In this document: positions 49,429 to 58,746 of the stretch, in pieces
Layout: each line of letters opens with the position of its first letter
Numbering within the stretch: position 1 is the stretch's first letter
From: a virus
Taxonomy: Duplodnaviria > Heunggongvirae > Uroviricota > Caudoviricetes
IMG/VR virus record: IMGVR_UViG_3300015207_000448
DNA: 64,000 nucleotides
Strand: one strand, 5' to 3'
Notes under the pieces: generated by a model
Told to the model about the DNA's origin: nothing
The model's database searches: none
What the model saw: only the letters and a program-made list of their open reading frames with translations
Position numbers and translations under genes: made by a program

Positions 49429-50160
49429 TCACGTTCCTGGTTCAACAAATCCAGCAATATCCTCAAACTTAGGGGTCTCGTGATTTGGCATATTGTCCGG
49501 ATTCGCTATTTCATTCTGATCACTCGGCTGTGTAAACGGAGGCACTGTTGCATAGACGTCAACATAGTTCTTGTATGCGTATGATGTAAAATCTTGAAAC
49601 CATATCTGATAATCAATCCAATATGATTGAAGGGCATCATCAAATGTAAGCGGCTGGTCCCAATATTCCAGTTGAAAGCGTTGTACTAATGCTGGAAACT
49701 GAGCCTTCTGAGATTCAATGGCATCAACAATTCGTTTATATACAGCTAACCCTTCACACTCAACCTCATCATCACTGTTGTTCAGTCGATTAAGAACATA
49801 GTGTATGCGCATCGTGCCTTTTCCCTCAGCAATATTCGATGTACCAACATTGTAATAAATATTGATATAATGAATGAATACCGCAGGGAATAAAATACCG
49901 TATTCTTTATTGGCACTGTTATTCTTGATTCGATTCAGTTGCCCATTATCTAATTTTATAGTTCTGAATAATGGGGGGCTGTTAGGGTCTTTCGGGTCTT
50001 TCTTGATAGACTCTAATATTTTGCGGACAGCTTTGTAAGACTCAATCATAACATTGGTCTCAACAGCCTCTTGAATCTCATCGAGTTCGACAACAGGTGG
50101 CTCAACCGGAACTGTGGGTTCAACCGGTTTTCCTGGTTTCTCTTTTTTATCAACTATCAT
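49429..50160 (-). CDS. Probable tail completion/neck protein
   Basis: FPAVFIHY motif; head-tail joining position. Confidence 0.45.
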   Translation of the reverse strand: MIVDKKEKPGKPVEPTVPVEPPVVELDEIQEAVETNVMIESYKAVRKILESIKKDPKDPNSPPLFRTIKLDNGQLNRIKNNSANKEYGILFPAVFIHYINIYYNVGTSNIAEGKGTMRIHYVLNRLNNSDDEVECEGLAVYKRIVDAIESQKAQFPALVQRFQLEYWDQPLTFDDALQSYWIDYQIWFQDFTSYAYKNYVDVYATVPPFTQPSDQNEIANPDNMPNHETPKFEDIAGFVEPGT

Positions 50161-50690
50161 CGTCTTACACCTGGGAAGCTTCTAAATATCATATTATTCA
50201 ATTCCCTCAGTTTGTCATTCATTACCGAGGAATCATTTTTCTCTGTCGGCATAAATTGGCGCTGTGGCATATTCGCCACCCTTCCAGTTCTTACTGATGG
50301 ATCATCAGAATTGTGTACTGCGGCAAAACAAAATCCACGATGACTATATGTACCACCAAAGGCAGACGGGTCGGTGAAAACTTTTACACGTCCTCTTGCA
50401 CGATTGTAAGATTCTGTCTCGTAAACTATAGAGTTCCGCAAAGAGCGTGATTCCACCAGACCACCAACTGTATATCCTCCCTTATTTCGTTTTGGCCTGT
50501 GGCGCCAAAGCACACTTCCTTTTGAATTGAAGCGTTTCATATCAAATGACTTCTGGAAAATATCCACCGCAGATTGACCGACAGACACTTGAAAATTCCA
50601 GATATTCAAGTCAAATTGATGCGGAAGTGGTTGCCATTGAGCAATCCACTGTTGCGGCGTCAATGGTATTCCTCTATTAACCTTTGGCAT
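50157..50690 (-). CDS. Probable virion morphogenesis/neck protein (Mu gpG-like)
   Basis: LRNSI...AAVHN...MPQRQFMP pattern. Confidence 0.55.
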   Translation of the reverse strand: MPKVNRGIPLTPQQWIAQWQPLPHQFDLNIWNFQVSVGQSAVDIFQKSFDMKRFNSKGSVLWRHRPKRNKGGYTVGGLVESRSLRNSIVYETESYNRARGRVKVFTDPSAFGGTYSHRGFCFAAVHNSDDPSVRTGRVANMPQRQFMPTEKNDSSVMNDKLRELNNMIFRSFPGVRR

Positions 50691-51486
50691 TGTTGAAATA
50701 GTAATCTTTGATCCTTTGTGCTATGGCATTGAGCCGACCGACGTGCCGCTCATCAACTTGAAAATATGGATGCTCATCTGAGAAGATACGTCCACCTAAA
50801 GCGACGCTCTCTTTGAAGGTTCGATTAAACCACTCAGGCATCTCCGGCACGGATGCAGCAGCTTTCATCGAACCAATTACAGATGCAGTGTCTTCCACTA
50901 AATAACATCTGCACTGATGCTCAATAGGAGGTATCAGCCATGCCGGGAAACTTGACTTAGGGGCTGTATAACCCTCATATTGCAAATGCCACGGACGAAC
51001 TCGTTCATCGCCCTGAGTCATATACATCAAGACAGTTTCATTTTTAATTGTAGTAAACCACGCTGCTACAATCATTGCATACTCAGCATCTTGATTCTCA
51101 GTGCGCATATAAGTGTCATTGAATCGCCGAAACACTGGGAGGTATAAATTGAACCAATCTTCCTCGTCCATTTCTTCTACCTCATCTTCACTCAATGAAG
51201 ACCCCAGTTCAGCCATATCATCAGCCATTTGATACTCTTCTGCAACCGAGAAATCCACAAGATTGCTGACTGCTGCCATGATGATGTTACGCTGAACACT
51301 TTGTTCGTTATCAAGATTATCAGCATTGCGTATCAGTTCTATAGCATCATCGTAATCTATCCCAAATCCAGACAGTGCACGCTGAATGGCAATATCAGCC
51401 CTTGCTTTCATCAATTCTTCAAGAGAATCCCATTCTCTATCTTGACCGACCATGCTTAGAACAAAATCGTGAAAGAGAGATAGCAA
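50677..51486 (-). CDS. Mu gpF-like minor head protein
   Basis: YMTQGDERVRPWHLQYEG...IPPIEHQCRC. Confidence 0.8.
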   Translation of the reverse strand: MLSLFHDFVLSMVGQDREWDSLEELMKARADIAIQRALSGFGIDYDDAIELIRNADNLDNEQSVQRNIIMAAVSNLVDFSVAEEYQMADDMAELGSSLSEDEVEEMDEEDWFNLYLPVFRRFNDTYMRTENQDAEYAMIVAAWFTTIKNETVLMYMTQGDERVRPWHLQYEGYTAPKSSFPAWLIPPIEHQCRCYLVEDTASVIGSMKAAASVPEMPEWFNRTFKESVALGGRIFSDEHPYFQVDERHVGRLNAIAQRIKDYYFNNAKG

Positions 51487-51569
51487 TACTGCTACCTCAT
51501 TTTTATGTCGATCCTGGTCATCGTCAGGTTTGCGCCATGCAACGATATTGGAGAGTGGAGCCGGACCTG

Positions 51570-52889
51570 TTACTCCCTCTCCCGAAGAAAATTTGTGGTT
51601 TCACGCGCATGTCCATAACGTCTGTAATACTCTTCATCAGTCAAACGTCTATGTCCATATTCGCCTGATGACCCACCGCTTGATGTGGCGCCAGGAACAC
51701 CTGTCATCACATTAAGCTGTCGTTTGACTTTTACACCAAACTCTTGTTCAATAGTTTCTGGATCCATCTCCCAAGAAGCTGTCAGATTTTGGAAGAGACG
51801 AATACGGTCTTCATCAGACATCTCGATACGTTTCGCATATTTGAACTCCAGTCCAGATGGGAGATAACCAAGTTTCACGAGTCTGGGGATGATTGACTCA
51901 TTCATCACTAACTCAATGTAATCTCGGTAAACTTCAATGCGGTCACGGAAAATATTTTCATGCGCACGTGTTGCTCCCACATAAGATTGGGTGGCACCGG
52001 CCATCGATTCAGAACCAAGAATCAGGTTCGACACATCCTTATCAACAATAGAGATTAGACCGGTAAACACATGCTCGGAGTTGGACATGGTAAACGTCTT
52101 AATATCAACCTCATCATTGAGACCCGTTACAATCACCTTATTTTGTGCAGCCCCGGCAATATCATTTGCCATGCGTTTACGGTCCACTGTATTCTCCGAC
52201 TCTGTTTTACCATGAATGATAGGCTGTCCGTAGGTATGGGAAAAGTTGACATAGTTGGCAAATGTAAACTTCTTTGCCAAAATCAAAGGAGCCACAGCTG
52301 AAAACAAGCCCAGATCGCCACTGTTAATCAGAACATAGTTATCTGCATATTTCGGGTCATCAAAGTTCCAATGAGGCATCCAGATACCTTGGCGTCGAAC
52401 TATACGATTCTGGTCAGCCAGTATATTGCGTCGCTCAACATAATTGACCTTTAGACCGCCATGCTCTTTCTTGGGATCCACATAAAATTCTAATCCAGTA
52501 TAGCCGTAAAGTTTGGATTCAGCTATACCATGAATGATTTTTAAGAACTCTGTAGTTTGTATTTTGCGAGTAGCTGCGATGTCTTTGGCATATTTACCCT
52601 TCTCATTTTGCTTAGCCATCATAAATCGCTCACCAACAATCTGCGAAAAGAGAGTTTCGAGCACACCCCGGAGGTGCGCGTCCTGTTGAACACACGCCTC
52701 ATAAATATCGATAAGACGACTGCGGTCATCTAATATAGTGCCGTTCTGAAGGTGCCGATAGGATGACTGGAAGCGACAACGACGCTCAATCTCTCGGACA
52801 TATTCTTGCACACTCTTCTTACTGGTCGCAAAGGTCGCTTCCAGCTGATGAGTGACAAGTTCTTTATCTGATACTTCTGAATTTGCCAT
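51570..52889 (-). CDS. Portal protein (DUF935 / Mu gp29-like)
   Basis: 439 aa; QDAHLRG, YGYTGLE, YGQPIIHGK, SNLILG, SYVGATRAHE; upstream of gpF-like gene. Confidence 0.8.
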   Translation of the reverse strand: MANSEVSDKELVTHQLEATFATSKKSVQEYVREIERRCRFQSSYRHLQNGTILDDRSRLIDIYEACVQQDAHLRGVLETLFSQIVGERFMMAKQNEKGKYAKDIAATRKIQTTEFLKIIHGIAESKLYGYTGLEFYVDPKKEHGGLKVNYVERRNILADQNRIVRRQGIWMPHWNFDDPKYADNYVLINSGDLGLFSAVAPLILAKKFTFANYVNFSHTYGQPIIHGKTESENTVDRKRMANDIAGAAQNKVIVTGLNDEVDIKTFTMSNSEHVFTGLISIVDKDVSNLILGSESMAGATQSYVGATRAHENIFRDRIEVYRDYIELVMNESIIPRLVKLGYLPSGLEFKYAKRIEMSDEDRIRLFQNLTASWEMDPETIEQEFGVKVKRQLNVMTGVPGATSSGGSSGEYGHRRLTDEEYYRRYGHARETTNFLRERE

Positions 52890-52911
52890 AGTTAGCGAGT
52901 TTTCTTTATGA

Positions 52912-52918
52912 AGAATAG
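52912..52918 (-). promoter_or_regulatory. CTATTCT candidate late promoter (portal operon)
   Basis: 22 nt before ATG 52889. Confidence 0.55.
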
Positions 52919-53091
52919 AGTATCGCCACCTATTTAGTTTTCTGTCAAAGTTCTCAAAAGTCCGAATGTGGTTAGTTGACTAAACTTGCATTGTTAAAAA
53001 TTCCGATTGTAAATATTTGATATTCAGTATAAGCAGAATTATTTTAATACAAAAAGATTATTTTCATTATTGTACTTATGAAAATTTTGAC

Positions 53092-53099
53092 TACCTTTG
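53092..53099 (+). promoter_or_regulatory. Bacteroidota -7 element TACCTTTG
   Basis: 37 nt before ATG 53137 in the divergent AT-rich intergenic region. Confidence 0.7.
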
Positions 53100-53136
53100 C
53101 ATCGACAAATAATTTACTTACCAAATAAAAACCAAT

Positions 53137-53691
53137 ATGGAAGAAAAAACTCAAAGCTATTTCCGCGTAAAAACGGAGTTTCTTGCTGAGACTACTCCAG
53201 GCGGTGCGTTGGAAAGAAAGAAAATCGAGGAGTTGGTTCTTGCAACCTGCTACACTGAGGTTGAAACCTTGGTACACGAGATTATCGATTCTTATAACCG
53301 CACTCAGTTCGGAAGTGTTTCTTACGAAATCATCAAAACCAAGGTGCCGGATGTTCTGTTCAATGACATACTTGCACATTCAGAACGTGATTCGGTGAAA
53401 GGGTTTGTGTGCAATTATTTTGAAGAGGAAGAGACATCAGGCGTTGGCCTGTATGCCGTCAAAGTCATCTTCATTACAATTGATGAAAAGACCGCTAAAG
53501 AGAAACAGACTACCGAAGTGTTCTACACACCGGCAGAATCTAACGCAGATGCAACCAAGCGCATCAGTGACCACCTCAAAAAAACGATGAGCGATTTCGT
53601 CATACGAGACGCTAAATTTGACAAGGCAGAAGCTATTTATTGGCCCCTTGACGTACATAAGGATAAGGTTCGTGATTTCGACCTCAACTAA
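53137..53691 (+). CDS. DUF4494-like Bacteroidota protein
   Basis: YFRVK...LVLATCYTEVE...YAVKVIFITIDEKTAKEK...TMSDFVI pattern. Confidence 0.65.
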   Translation: MEEKTQSYFRVKTEFLAETTPGGALERKKIEELVLATCYTEVETLVHEIIDSYNRTQFGSVSYEIIKTKVPDVLFNDILAHSERDSVKGFVCNYFEEEETSGVGLYAVKVIFITIDEKTAKEKQTTEVFYTPAESNADATKRISDHLKKTMSDFVIRDAKFDKAEAIYWPLDVHKDKVRDFDLN

Positions 53692-54146
53692 TGTTGGGGC
53701 AGTCCGGGAAAGGCGAAATCAAATTAAAGTGTGAAGAGCAGTCCTTTCCTGAGTTCCCAAACCTGCTCTTTGGCCAAAGTGAAGCTGGGCGCTCTTACTT
53801 TGATGCGACACATTATCTGTCGAAGATGACAGATCCAATGCCCATACAGCCATTCTTCACTCAGTATCGCTACCAAATTAAAGCGTTGTGCGATACCTAT
53901 GAAATTGACCCGAATCAAGTCTGCTTAATCAACGAAGAAGGGCACTATCTAATTGATGGAACATTCGTGTTCCTGTTCATAGCATTTGTCGAACCCGACT
54001 TTCTTGCATATATGTGCGACCGGACATTTGAACTATTCGCACATGGGGTAGCTGTTTCAGACACATACCTCTTGTCGGCGGCACGAAGCCGCTTGTCAAG
54101 TAAAGTCTTAACAGCGATAAGTGACTATGAAAAAATCACGCATTAA
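53691..54146 (+). CDS. Hypothetical protein, possibly KilA-N-like DNA-binding
   Basis: YFDATHYL resembles the KilA-N NAT motif; weak. Confidence 0.4.
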   Translation: MLGQSGKGEIKLKCEEQSFPEFPNLLFGQSEAGRSYFDATHYLSKMTDPMPIQPFFTQYRYQIKALCDTYEIDPNQVCLINEEGHYLIDGTFVFLFIAFVEPDFLAYMCDRTFELFAHGVAVSDTYLLSAARSRLSSKVLTAISDYEKITH

Positions 54147-54468
54147 CAAAACCGGTAGTCCGGTACTGGTATTCAATCCCCTAAAACGTTTAGTGGCCTA
54201 CTTCCATTCGTTGACAGCAATGGCATCAGCATTTGGAACCTCAAACTCATCAATCCACCAAGCCTGCGTAGGTCAGTGCATTTCGAGTTGTGGACTCTAT
54301 GTTCGCTTCCTTGCGCCAGACATTGAAATCGAGGACAGCGATTATGGAAATCTTCGACTGGAAGATTATGATGAGATGTGTGGAGTAACCCGAACCTACT
54401 ACCCAACAGCAAATATGTCTCGCAAGGGCATGAAGTACAACAAATCCAATAAAACTCAGAAGAAATGA
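54121..54468 (+). CDS. NUMOD1/IENR1-like HTH protein without a nuclease domain
   Basis: VLVFN...LVAYFHSLTAMASAFG...SIHQACVG...GLYVRF. Confidence 0.55.
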   Translation: MTMKKSRINKTGSPVLVFNPLKRLVAYFHSLTAMASAFGTSNSSIHQACVGQCISSCGLYVRFLAPDIEIEDSDYGNLRLEDYDEMCGVTRTYYPTANMSRKGMKYNKSNKTQKK

Positions 54469-54938
54469 AAATCAAACTGCTCTCATCCGGCGCAAAGATT
54501 CCCACCAAAGGTAGTGATGAAGCCGCCGGTTACGATCTTTACGTGCCAAAAGACACAATCATCTTCCCCGGTCGCAATGTCGTGCCACTTGAATTTGCCA
54601 TGTCGCTTGACAAAGGCAAACACGCACACCTGCGACCGCGATCCGGGTTCTCTGCCAATGGCTTTGAAGGACATGTGCTGATGGCACCCAATAAATTCAG
54701 TCCGGAACCACTCCGCGTGGATGCAGATGTGATACAAGGTACCGTTGACTCTGATTATCGCAACGGAGTAGGTGTTATCGTGTATAGTCGTGAGCCGCGC
54801 CTATTTCTTATCACGCAAGGAGCTCGCATTGCTCAAATGGTGATCCTCCAGCACTCTGAAGAGGAAATCATCGAAGTAGAAGAACTCGATGACACTGAAC
54901 GTGGCACCGGAGGCTTCGGCTCAACCGGCACTCACTAA
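54465..54938 (+). CDS. dut: Trimeric dUTPase
   Basis: AGYDL, PRSG, GTVDSDYR, RIAQMV, RGTGGFGSTG. Confidence 0.93.
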   Translation: MKIKLLSSGAKIPTKGSDEAAGYDLYVPKDTIIFPGRNVVPLEFAMSLDKGKHAHLRPRSGFSANGFEGHVLMAPNKFSPEPLRVDADVIQGTVDSDYRNGVGVIVYSREPRLFLITQGARIAQMVILQHSEEEIIEVEELDDTERGTGGFGSTGTH

Positions 54939-54953
54939 CTATTCACTCTAATC

Positions 54954-54986
54954 GGGCGCATCGCTTCGGTGGTGCGCCCATACTTT
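54954..54986 (+). terminator. UUCG hairpin between dut and ligA
   Basis: gggcgcatcgc-ttcg-gtggtgcgccc followed by atacttt. Confidence 0.45.
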
Positions 54987-54993
54987 AACAAAT

Positions 54994-56958
54994 ATGGATA
55001 AACAAGAATTAGCACAGGAAATCAAACGCCTCAATGCTCTATATCGAGCAGGCACACCCGAAGTGTCCGACGCTGAGTATGATGCGCTACTTGAAAAATG
55101 GCGTCAGCTTGAGCCTGAAGCAGACTGGTTCTCTACAGCAGAACCTGCTCTGGTCGGTAATGGGCGAAAAAGAAAATTGCCTATTCCAATGAAATCCCTC
55201 AACAAAGTAAAAAGTCTTGCGGAAGTAAAGCAATGGCTATCTTCATTGGCAATTCCAGAGACAGCGAAATTAGTCATCACCCCAAAGTACGATGGCGTGT
55301 CATGGTTACACAATGAAAACAGTGGGAAAACGTATTCTCGCGGAGGAGCCGAAAATGAGGGGCAAGATTGTACCATCCATTTCAACAAGGGCAAATTTTT
55401 CAGTGACTTAGGAAGTGCTGGAATCCAATATTCTTATGGTGAACTGGTTTTTCTGACAAGCAACTGGAAAGAAAAATTTGCAGGGCAGCTATCTCCAGAA
55501 GGTCTTCCTTATAAATCCCCCAGAAATACCATCGCAGGGTTGATTAACCGAGATGAACCAACTGAAGCTCTGGAATGTGCGTCCTATGTAGTGTATGGAG
55601 CCGACCAGCACAGTCTTTTTTCCAACTATGTAACGTATGCAGATTTCCTCTACGATGTTGCCGACTTAAATCCATCGCCAACACACAACCCAGATACCGA
55701 CATCGAAGAGCTCCCATTCAAAATTGTAACAGTTGCTGAACTTAATGAAGAATACTTCGCTAAGTTATTCAGCTATTGGAAAGAGCAGGTTTATATTGAT
55801 GGGCTTGTCATATACCTAAACGACCTCAGCCTTTGGCAGGCCATCGGCAGACAGCAGACCACTGGCAATCCTCTTTATGCAATCGCCTATAAACATCCGG
55901 ATTTCACAGATGCCTTCGACACAACAGTGAAAGGCGTTGAATGGAAAGTAAGCAAAGCCGGTGCCTTAAAACCAGTGGTCAATATAGAAGCCGTTGACAC
56001 TGGAGATTGCACAATGGAGAATCCAACAGGCTACAACGCTAAATATATCTTTGAAAACAGCATCGGTAAGGGCGCAACCATATCCGTTACACGTTCAGGG
56101 GGCGTCATTCCCAAAATTCTTAGTGTTATCAAAGAGGCATCAAGTGAAGTCATGTGCGAACAGCGCGACAACCTCCTCTATTGTCCAGACTGCGGTCAAC
56201 CGACCAAGTGGAACGACTCCAAAGTTGAATTGATCTGCACCAATCCCAAATGTCCTGGCATCACCTTGGCTAAGGTCGTGCATTTCTACTCTACTCTTGA
56301 TGCAGAGCAGATGGGCGAAGAAACCCTTGCAAAGCTGTTCCGTGCCGGTTACAATACGTTACGCAGAATCCTCGACATAACATTTGAGGAAATTGTTCGC
56401 ATTGATGGCTTTGGGGATTCAATTGCCAATGTCATTCTCGATGCGAACAAAAAGATTCGTGAGGGGGTCGAAGTTACCCGACTTATGCACGCCAGCGACT
56501 GCTTCCTTGGCATCGGTCAAGTCAAGGCCAAATCCATCCTTTCAGATTTATCCGATAGCGATAGATTTGCTTTCATCAATGGTTGCGTACAAACCGAAGC
56601 TGGATTTGATCAGACTCCAGAGTTCCTTGCTCTGAACAAAACAATGCAATCGTTCCTAAAAGGAATCGTACCTTTCTACGACTTTGTTGCAGAAAACAAA
56701 CTGACAATCCTTCCACCAGAAGAAAAGGCAAAACCTGTTGGAGACAAGTACGCTGGAATGAAAGTGTGCTTTACCGGAGTCCGAGACAAATGTTTGGAAG
56801 ATGAGATCGTATCGCAAGGAGGCGAAGTTGTAAGCGGAGTCTCAAAGAAAACGACCCATCTTATCGTTGGAGACATAAACTCCACTTCCAGCAAGATGTC
56901 AAAGGCCAAATCACTTGGCATACCCATTCTTACTGTTGAGGGATTCAAATCGTTATAA
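54994..56958 (+). CDS. ligA: NAD-dependent DNA ligase
   Basis: PKYDG adenylation motif, GELV, IDGLV, AIAYK, CPDC..C..C zinc finger, HhH repeats, BRCT VCFTG...VSKKTTHLIVG. Confidence 0.95.
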   Translation: MDKQELAQEIKRLNALYRAGTPEVSDAEYDALLEKWRQLEPEADWFSTAEPALVGNGRKRKLPIPMKSLNKVKSLAEVKQWLSSLAIPETAKLVITPKYDGVSWLHNENSGKTYSRGGAENEGQDCTIHFNKGKFFSDLGSAGIQYSYGELVFLTSNWKEKFAGQLSPEGLPYKSPRNTIAGLINRDEPTEALECASYVVYGADQHSLFSNYVTYADFLYDVADLNPSPTHNPDTDIEELPFKIVTVAELNEEYFAKLFSYWKEQVYIDGLVIYLNDLSLWQAIGRQQTTGNPLYAIAYKHPDFTDAFDTTVKGVEWKVSKAGALKPVVNIEAVDTGDCTMENPTGYNAKYIFENSIGKGATISVTRSGGVIPKILSVIKEASSEVMCEQRDNLLYCPDCGQPTKWNDSKVELICTNPKCPGITLAKVVHFYSTLDAEQMGEETLAKLFRAGYNTLRRILDITFEEIVRIDGFGDSIANVILDANKKIREGVEVTRLMHASDCFLGIGQVKAKSILSDLSDSDRFAFINGCVQTEAGFDQTPEFLALNKTMQSFLKGIVPFYDFVAENKLTILPPEEKAKPVGDKYAGMKVCFTGVRDKCLEDEIVSQGGEVVSGVSKKTTHLIVGDINSTSSKMSKAKSLGIPILTVEGFKSL

Positions 56959-56974
56959 TCCATTCTATCATCTG

Positions 56975-57013
56975 AACCACTGGCTGTTAGATTGATTCTC
57001 AGCCAGTGGTTTT
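56975..57013 (+). terminator. Terminator after ligA
   Basis: 12-bp arms aaccactggctg / cagccagtggtt followed by a T run. Confidence 0.7.
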
Positions 57014-57065
57014 CTGTTCACTTGAAAATTATTTTACCTCAAAAGGATATATTTTAATAAAATCT

Positions 57066-57097
57066 TTTGGAGTTATCAATTTCATTTTCTAACTTTG
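57066..57097 (+). promoter_or_regulatory. Bacteroidota promoter TTTG-N20-TAACTTTG
   Basis: Canonical spacing; 26 nt before ATG 57124. Confidence 0.75.
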
Positions 57098-57123
57098 CAT
57101 CACAAAAAAGAAAGTACAACTAT

Positions 57124-57711
57124 ATGGCAAAGAAAAATCAACTCACAACAAGCGACCATCTCCCGTATGAGGAGTTCGTAAGATTGTTGAACTGCCTCCA
57201 CGACAACGGTGAATATCGATGGGAAATGTACGCCCGCCTCTCGTTTTGTACCGCTTGCCGAGCTGGAGATGTTCTCAATTTCAGATGGCGCGACATACTT
57301 GGGGTTTCATCGGTTGTCATAGTCGAGCAGAAAACTAAAAAGACTCGCAAGATACCCTTTAACCCCTCGGTCCAAAAAGATTTTGATAATCTATGGAAGC
57401 TACTTGGATGCCCGGATAAGAATGACTATATAATGCCATCCAGTTCCGGCGACAAGCCTATGACTATTCAATGGGTCAACATGAGACTCAAAGAGTTCAA
57501 GCAGAAGTATCATATCAAAATTGACAACTTCTCTACTCATACATTCCGTAAGACTTTTGGTCGATATGTGTATGACATCAATAATCATAGCGCAGAAAGT
57601 CTGATTCTTCTCAACAAAATTCTCAATCACAGTTCCATTCAAGTCACCAAGACTTACATAGGAATCACTCAAGAAGAAGTCGCTGGGATTTACGCATCTA
57701 TCAGCCTTTAA
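57124..57711 (+). CDS. Small tyrosine recombinase (catalytic domain only, ~195 aa)
   Basis: TACRAGDV (R), KTKK (K), STHTFRKTF (HxxR), LNHSS (H), TKTYIG (Y). Confidence 0.9.
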   Translation: MAKKNQLTTSDHLPYEEFVRLLNCLHDNGEYRWEMYARLSFCTACRAGDVLNFRWRDILGVSSVVIVEQKTKKTRKIPFNPSVQKDFDNLWKLLGCPDKNDYIMPSSSGDKPMTIQWVNMRLKEFKQKYHIKIDNFSTHTFRKTFGRYVYDINNHSAESLILLNKILNHSSIQVTKTYIGITQEEVAGIYASISL

Positions 57712-57800
57712 TCTTCAAGTCAAATTGAAGCACACATCGTGTGCCCTTGCATAATCCATATTCCATCGGTCAGCCGGTCAATCCATAAACCTGCAAGGGC

Positions 57801-58361
57801 ATGGCGCATACTTATATCACTTGTTCTTTTTGTGGGAAACGTGAAGATTTAGAACTCTTCCGCACTATCAGTTCTCCGCTCGTTTCAAAAATGAGAACGG
57901 AGCACTTATGCTTTGACTGTGCCTACTGGAAACAATGGATAAAACATCCAGAACCAGATACAATAATTGTAAGTGGGTGCGTGTACAAACAATCAGGCCC
58001 ATTATTCAAACCTAAACATCAGCAACTACGAGCCAACGCCATAAAATTCCTGATGGATAAGTCAACACGAAATGTGTATGGCTGTCTTGGTTTGGCTTTA
58101 AGAGGACGCATCCCGCATCAATTTTCCAAATTACTTCCAGATCAATTTCAATTCATCGCATCAGACACATATCAACGCATCAATGGATTTGAGGCTGAGA
58201 TGTGTCTATCCAAAGGGTGTTTTGATCGCTATCACTGTATCTGGTACAACGCTTCAGTCGCCGAGCCTGAAGAATCGTGGAATACCATCCCAAAGAATTA
58301 TCAAATCGGCAGTGAAAACTGCCCCAGCTTCGTAAATAAGTATGATCTCGACAATGATTAG
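57801..58361 (+). CDS. Hypothetical Cys-rich protein
   Basis: 186 aa with CSFC, CFDC and C..C....C clusters. Confidence 0.55.
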   Translation: MAHTYITCSFCGKREDLELFRTISSPLVSKMRTEHLCFDCAYWKQWIKHPEPDTIIVSGCVYKQSGPLFKPKHQQLRANAIKFLMDKSTRNVYGCLGLALRGRIPHQFSKLLPDQFQFIASDTYQRINGFEAEMCLSKGCFDRYHCIWYNASVAEPEESWNTIPKNYQIGSENCPSFVNKYDLDND

Positions 58362-58746
58362 TGTGGCAACCCTGATTGCCGTTGCTGCTGTTCTGTGGCA
58401 AACCCATCAAGTGAAGCAGCGTCAGTACCAAATTCTTCAGCTTATCAGCATCATCAATCAATCGATGGAGCAGATAGGGGTATGTATAACCCATAGTAAT
58501 ACTGCTGAGCAAAATACCATCAAAGCTCTCAATGAGATATGCGAGGCTTTGAATCAATACTTCGCAACGGCAACAAATTACATGAATGAATCTGCATTTA
58601 CACTTCAGCATCTCGCCATTTGCATGATGCCTATCATCAATGATGTGATGAATGAAGCTGTAAACAACGAAGATTATGAAAGAGCCAAAGCGTGTGCTGA
58701 ATTACTAAGTAACCTCCAGCGTATAGCAAAACCCATAAGTAAATGA
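58342..58746 (+). CDS. Hypothetical protein with N-terminal hydrophobic helix and C-terminal UVR-like motif
   Basis: VATLIAVAAVLW; AVNNEDYERAK. Confidence 0.5.
   Translation: MISTMISVATLIAVAAVLWQTHQVKQRQYQILQLISIINQSMEQIGVCITHSNTAEQNTIKALNEICEALNQYFATATNYMNESAFTLQHLAICMMPIINDVMNEAVNNEDYERAKACAELLSNLQRIAKPISK

Noticed and set aside
52890-53136. tRNA or other structured RNA in intergenic regions
   Set aside because: No cloverleaf or recognisable RNA motif seen here or at 10152-10367; only promoter and terminator elements
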